From Fonticula alba ATCC 38817 (Eukaryota > Protista > Nucleariida), in assembly GCA_000388065.2 (NCBI GenBank), contig KB932228.1: a stretch of 11,281 nt of DNA. One strand, given 5' to 3'. Positions 7,940 to 11,281 of the stretch are shown here, one piece after another. Under the pieces are notes generated by a model. It worked only from the letters and a program-made list of their open reading frames with translations, was not told where the DNA came from and did no database searches. Position 1 is the first letter of the stretch; every line of letters starts with the position of its first letter. The position numbers were made by a program, and so were the translations under genes.

Positions 7940-8365
7940 AGCCGCGATCATTCTTTTGGTTGGGGTGGACCCCGCCACCCACCATCGGCACGCCCTCGCC
8001 GCCCGTCGCTCGCCGCTCGCCCTTCCCGAGCGATGCACATCACCAGGGGCTCCCCGCCTGGTGCCCGTGTGAGCGGCCCCCTGCTCGCGGGTGCCAGCAT
8101 GGCGCGCCCATGCCCGCCAGGGAGGCCGACCTGCCTGGGGCCGTCGGCGCCTCCTGCCAGTTTGCGCACCGCGGCGCATGCCCGCCCACATGCAGCTGGT
8201 CCAGTCCGACTCCGTGGCCGCCGTGTGCGCGTCCCCGCACTGGCCGGTGCCCCTGCGCGCGTGCGCCATGTCAAACACCTTGCCCCTCCTGGACGCCGGT
8301 CTGCCGCGGTTGCCCTGGGCAGCCATCCGCCCGGAGAGGCGTGGCATGTGGCTTGCGCGCCTGAC
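7940..8365 (+). pseudogene. RNase H remnant
   Basis: DHSFGWGG (7946-7969) ~DASxxGWGA; MHIT (8033-8044) ~HINxLE, 25 codons after W; LVQSDSVAAV (8196-8225) ~LVxSDNxxAV; LLDAGLPRL..AIRPE (to ~8336) ~GIxL..WIPxE. Confidence 0.6.
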
Positions 8366-8449
8366 CCCCCGGGCTGCTGCATGCCCCTCCCCGACCGCGG
8401 CGACCCCCTTGTTGCCCGTCGATCAGCGTCCGGTCCCTGCGACGGGTGC

Positions 8450-8749
8450 CTCCCCCCCCTTGAGCACGTTCGGATGCCCTGGCCGCAGGTCGGCACCCCC
8501 CCCAAGCGGGGGGCTTTCCCAGCCACCCTGCGGTCCATGCGGCCCCGGCAGTCGGCACTCGCAACAGCTCTCCTCCTGCCCGGGCGCCCGGACGCATGTG
8601 CAGACCCTTCGACAAGCACCTTCCCCCGGCCGGCATGAGGGCCGCTGCTGGCCTTCAACGTCCCACGCCTGAGCGCATGTCTTGTCGACCGACCGACCTG
8701 CCGGCACCTCGCCCTGGTTCAAAAGCCCGACTTCCGGGCCAGGTGCATG
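8450..8749 (+). pseudogene. DIRS DNA N6-adenine methyltransferase-like remnant
   Basis: In one frame: VGTPPKRGAFPAT ~WGTPxxDLFAT; PDACA ~DAF; in-frame TGA 8636-8638 at the expected Trp; LLAFNVP ~YAFPP/NPP; LALVQKPDF 23 codons later ~LVxPxW. Confidence 0.45.
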
Positions 8750-9528
8750 GCCGACCCCGGTCTGATGGCTCCGGCCCAGCGTGCGCTTGTCCCCCCCCCC
8801 CCCTTGCTCCCCCTTCCATGTGCCCCATCCCCCTCCTGCCTGTCTCCGGATGTTCCTGACACACACACCCCTGGCCACTTTTTGTTAGCTCCACGCCGCG
8901 TGCCTTCGACCGGCTGCTCGCCAACCATGGGCGCCGCCCGGGCCTGCTCAGCTGGCCTCTTGGGCCCCAGCCGGAGCGCGGCCCCCCCCCCCGGCCGGCA
9001 TCCCGTCCGCCCTGTGGAGCTGCGACCCCCTGGCCATGACAGGCCCATCACGCGGCACTCCCGCGCGCATGGCATGCCTCGCTTGCTGTCCGACAGCCGG
9101 GGTCCTTCCCGGTGCCGGTCTCGGCGACTTGATCGGAGGGCGCCCAGGGGTGCATTGTTCTCGGCGGCCACTTGCCCCGGCTCGGCCCCATGTCGCCCAA
9201 TGCCACCAGCCCGGCTTCCGCACCTCGACCGCTCGGCGGCGAGCACATCCTTTCCGCCGGGGACTTCCCGGCCGGCCGCGCGGCCTCCACATGCTCACCT
9301 CCAAGCCGACACTTGGGAAGAGCGGTGACACCTGCGCGCCGGGCTTGCTCCAGCCCCCTCGTCCCCCCCAGCTACGGCCTTGCTGTGGCAGGACAGCCGT
9401 GTCCTCGCACAGCCTGGCCATCTTCCAGCCAGGCGGCTCGCTCGAGAAAGCCACCCCCTCGGTGAGACTGGCCCTGCGGGCCGGCTCACGTGCCCCCCTC
9501 CTCCCCCGGCCCAGTGGCTGGGCGCCCA

Positions 9529-9621
9529 CCTCTCCAGCGGGTGCTGGCCCAGTCGCCCCCCTCTCCAGCGGGTGCTGACCCAGTCGCCCCCCTCTCCGGC
9601 GGGTGCTGGCCCAGTCGCCCC
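9529..9621. repeat. 31-bp minisatellite, three copies plus a degenerate upstream partial copy
   Basis: Unit CCTCTCC(A/G)GCGGGTGCTG(G/A)CCCAGTCGCCCC at 9529, 9560 and 9591, head-to-tail, each later copy differing from the first at one position; GGCCCAGT also occurs at 9508. Confidence 0.97.
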
Positions 9622-9817
9622 CGTCCCCTCGCCCAGGGCATGCCCCGCCCCTCGCTCCCTGCTGCCTGTCCATGTGTGCCCGGCCCATGCCCCGTGGCAG
9701 GCTGCGCCATCTGGCGGCCTTCTCTGGGTGTGTCCGTTCCGCCGGCCCTCTGCCTCAGGGGCCCGCTCAAAAGTGGCGCCTCCCCGCCCCCGGCCAATGC
9801 CCGGTCCGGAGCCGGGC

Positions 9818-10240
9818 CACTCCGCGGACATCGCCGTCCCCGACATCGAGTGCGTCGGCTCGCATGCCGGCCGGCTGGCTCGCCGACATGCCGCCTCGCT
9901 CGGGGTGCGTGGCAAGTACCCCCACCACGGGCCGGGCCGGCTGGGACGTCAGGCGGCTGCCCTCTTTTCGCCACCCTGGCTCGACCCCCTCGCCCACGAG
10001 TGGTGCCCCGTCCCGGCCTGCTGGCCCGCCGTGCCAAACCACCTGCGACTGGGCTTTCGCCGAGCCGGCGCAACCTCGAGCGCCCTCCCGCCGGCCGGAG
10101 CCCGTTGGTGGTCCTGCTCCTTGCGCCGATCGGCGGATTTGCCATGGGCTGCTTCTCCCGGGGACATCGGAGGAGGGGGGCTTGGCTCGCCGGGGCCCGG
10201 ACGCCGAAGTGGCGATTCCGCAATGCGCACCGCCTTGCGG
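9818..10240 (+). pseudogene. Tyrosine recombinase catalytic-domain remnant
   Basis: In a single frame: HSADIAVPDI (H for the first catalytic R), LGVRGKYPHHGPG ~LxIRxSKTDQxGxG, WCPVPA ~CPVxA, CSLRRSA..WAASPG ~HSLRRGGAxWAAxxG, GRRSGDSAMRTALR ~GRWxSDAxxxYLR. Spacings R-K 32, K-H 67, R-W 27 and W-Y 9 codons (Cre: 28, 88, 23, 9). Confidence 0.7.
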
Positions 10241-11072
10241 GCCTCCCCGCGACTGGGCCCCTCCCAGGGCCCGCACCTGTGCCACGCCGAGCGCGTGGCG
10301 TGCTGCCGGCCAGGGGCCCGACGTGCGTGGCAGCCCCCGCGGCGCCCTGCCCCGCCCCGGGTGCATGGCCTGCTGCGCCAGCCGCCGGCCGGGGGCTCCC
10401 CCGCGCGGGCCGGGCTCTGGCGCCTGTGTCTGGACCGCACGCCTGCCGGTGCTCGGCCCCCAGGGAGCCCGCAGCCCCGACTGCCTGGTCGGCCGGCTTG
10501 GCGGCCCGGCTCGGTGTAGGCACATCTGCCCGGCGGGGGTCTCCCCACCTGGTGGCCCGGGTGTGTGCTCCCCGCCGCGGCGGCTGCCCCGCCCCGTCCT
10601 CGGCCAGGGCGCCGGGCCAGCGGCCGGCGCCCGCGGGAGACAGACCCATGGCCCAGGTGTGCCGGGCCATGCGCGCCCTCCCTCCCCTCCCGTGCCTGGC
10701 TTCTCTCGTCTTCCGGGGCTCCGGTCAGCAGGTCCCATGGTGTACTTTGCCCGCCGGCCTGAGGCTCCCCCGGGAGCATGCGGCCGAGGCACGCCCTCTC
10801 GGGCCCGGCTGGCGGTGCGCGCCACGTCGGCTGCGTCAGCCCGGCCGGGGCCCTCCGCACGGCCCATGCGCCGGGCGGGCAGCGCCAGCCCGGACACCTG
10901 GCCCTGCATCGCGCCCGACATGCACCCCATTGCTGGCACATGGTGCGGGCCACCTCGCCGGCTGCGCGGCCCTCTGCCACCCGGGCCGCTGCCTATGTGC
11001 CGGGCCCCGGCACCGGCCTTCACTCGCCGGAAACCGGGCCCCGGGGTCTGGGGCGCTGCTTGTGCCCGGCCC

Positions 11073-11092
11073 CGCGCGCGCGCGCGCGCGCG
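11073..11092. repeat. (CG)10 microsatellite
   Basis: Perfect 20-nt CG alternation. Confidence 0.97.
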
Positions 11093-11259
11093 TCCTCGAG
11101 CCGGGCGGCGACCGCCTCCCTTCCTGGTGTGCCGCCTCCTGGCCGACCCCCTGCCTGGGGTCCTGGGTTCGCTCACTCGGGCCTGGCACACAATCACAAG
11201 CACCCTCAGCGCCGGACGGGCATGCGTGTACCTGCGTGCCTTGCCCTCCCCTTTTCCGT

Positions 11260-11281
11260 CCCCCCCCCCCCCCCCCCCCCC
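11260..11281. repeat. C homopolymer of at least 22 nt running off the window end
   Basis: Seen directly; may mark an assembly break. Confidence 0.95.

Larger units (their letters stand above)
6920..10240 (+). mobile_element. Heavily decayed DIRS-order (tyrosine recombinase) retrotransposon, RT-RNase H-MT-YR (relic A); boundaries approximate
   Basis: Four domain remnants on one strand in the canonical DIRS order over ~3.3 kb, with approximately correct inter-motif spacing. Catalytic residues are largely replaced, and there are frameshifts and microsatellite insertions. No termini were identified; a gag-like region may extend upstream towards ~5600. Confidence 0.7.

Noticed and set aside
9508-9621. 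CRISPR-like array (31-bp repeats)
   Set aside because: Repeats are head-to-tail with no spacers, there are no cas genes, and the context is eukaryotic.
7405-9895. 14-nt exact match GCCGACATGCCGCC at 7405 and 9882
   Set aside because: Several such matches are expected by chance in 11 kb at this composition, and the flanks do not align.
1-11281. Herpesvirus or other GC-rich viral origin (high GC, TATA plus GC boxes, PPxY late-domain-like motifs)
   Set aside because: No viral core gene motifs were recognised; a multi-intron gene, low gene density, microsatellites and retrotransposon relics fit a cellular eukaryote.
5583-11281. Inverted terminal repeats, internal complementary region or split direct repeats of relic A
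   Set aside because: None found by eye beyond short GC-rich matches (for example CCGGGGCCCTCC near 5769 and 10846); the termini are decayed or outside the window.

Overview
Very GC-rich (roughly 75-80% by eye) eukaryotic genomic DNA, probably from an alga or protist; the lineage cannot be determined from this window. Nearly all long ORFs in the six-frame track are artefacts of stop-codon scarcity. Two host genes are supported. (1) A five-exon + strand gene (868-2094), invisible in the ORF track, that splices in frame to a ~245-aa two-TM protein with an N-terminal acidic dileucine signal and two PPxY motifs. (2) A - strand gene (3419-3856) for a 145-aa Ser/Gln/His/Arg-rich disordered protein with three RDAQGRFxSQxEH repeats, preceded by a TATA box and a probable 5'-UTR intron. 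Much of the remainder looks like heavily decayed tyrosine-recombinase (DIRS-order) retrotransposon sequence, all on the + strand. One near-complete relic has RT, RNase H, methyltransferase-like and tyrosine recombinase (YR) motifs in canonical order (~6920-10240), and there are three smaller fragments. These calls come from recognising motifs by eye and need HMM confirmation. Also present are an isolated AT-rich island (5529-5582), a 31-bp minisatellite, pure (CG)n tracts, and long poly-C runs found only on the + strand.
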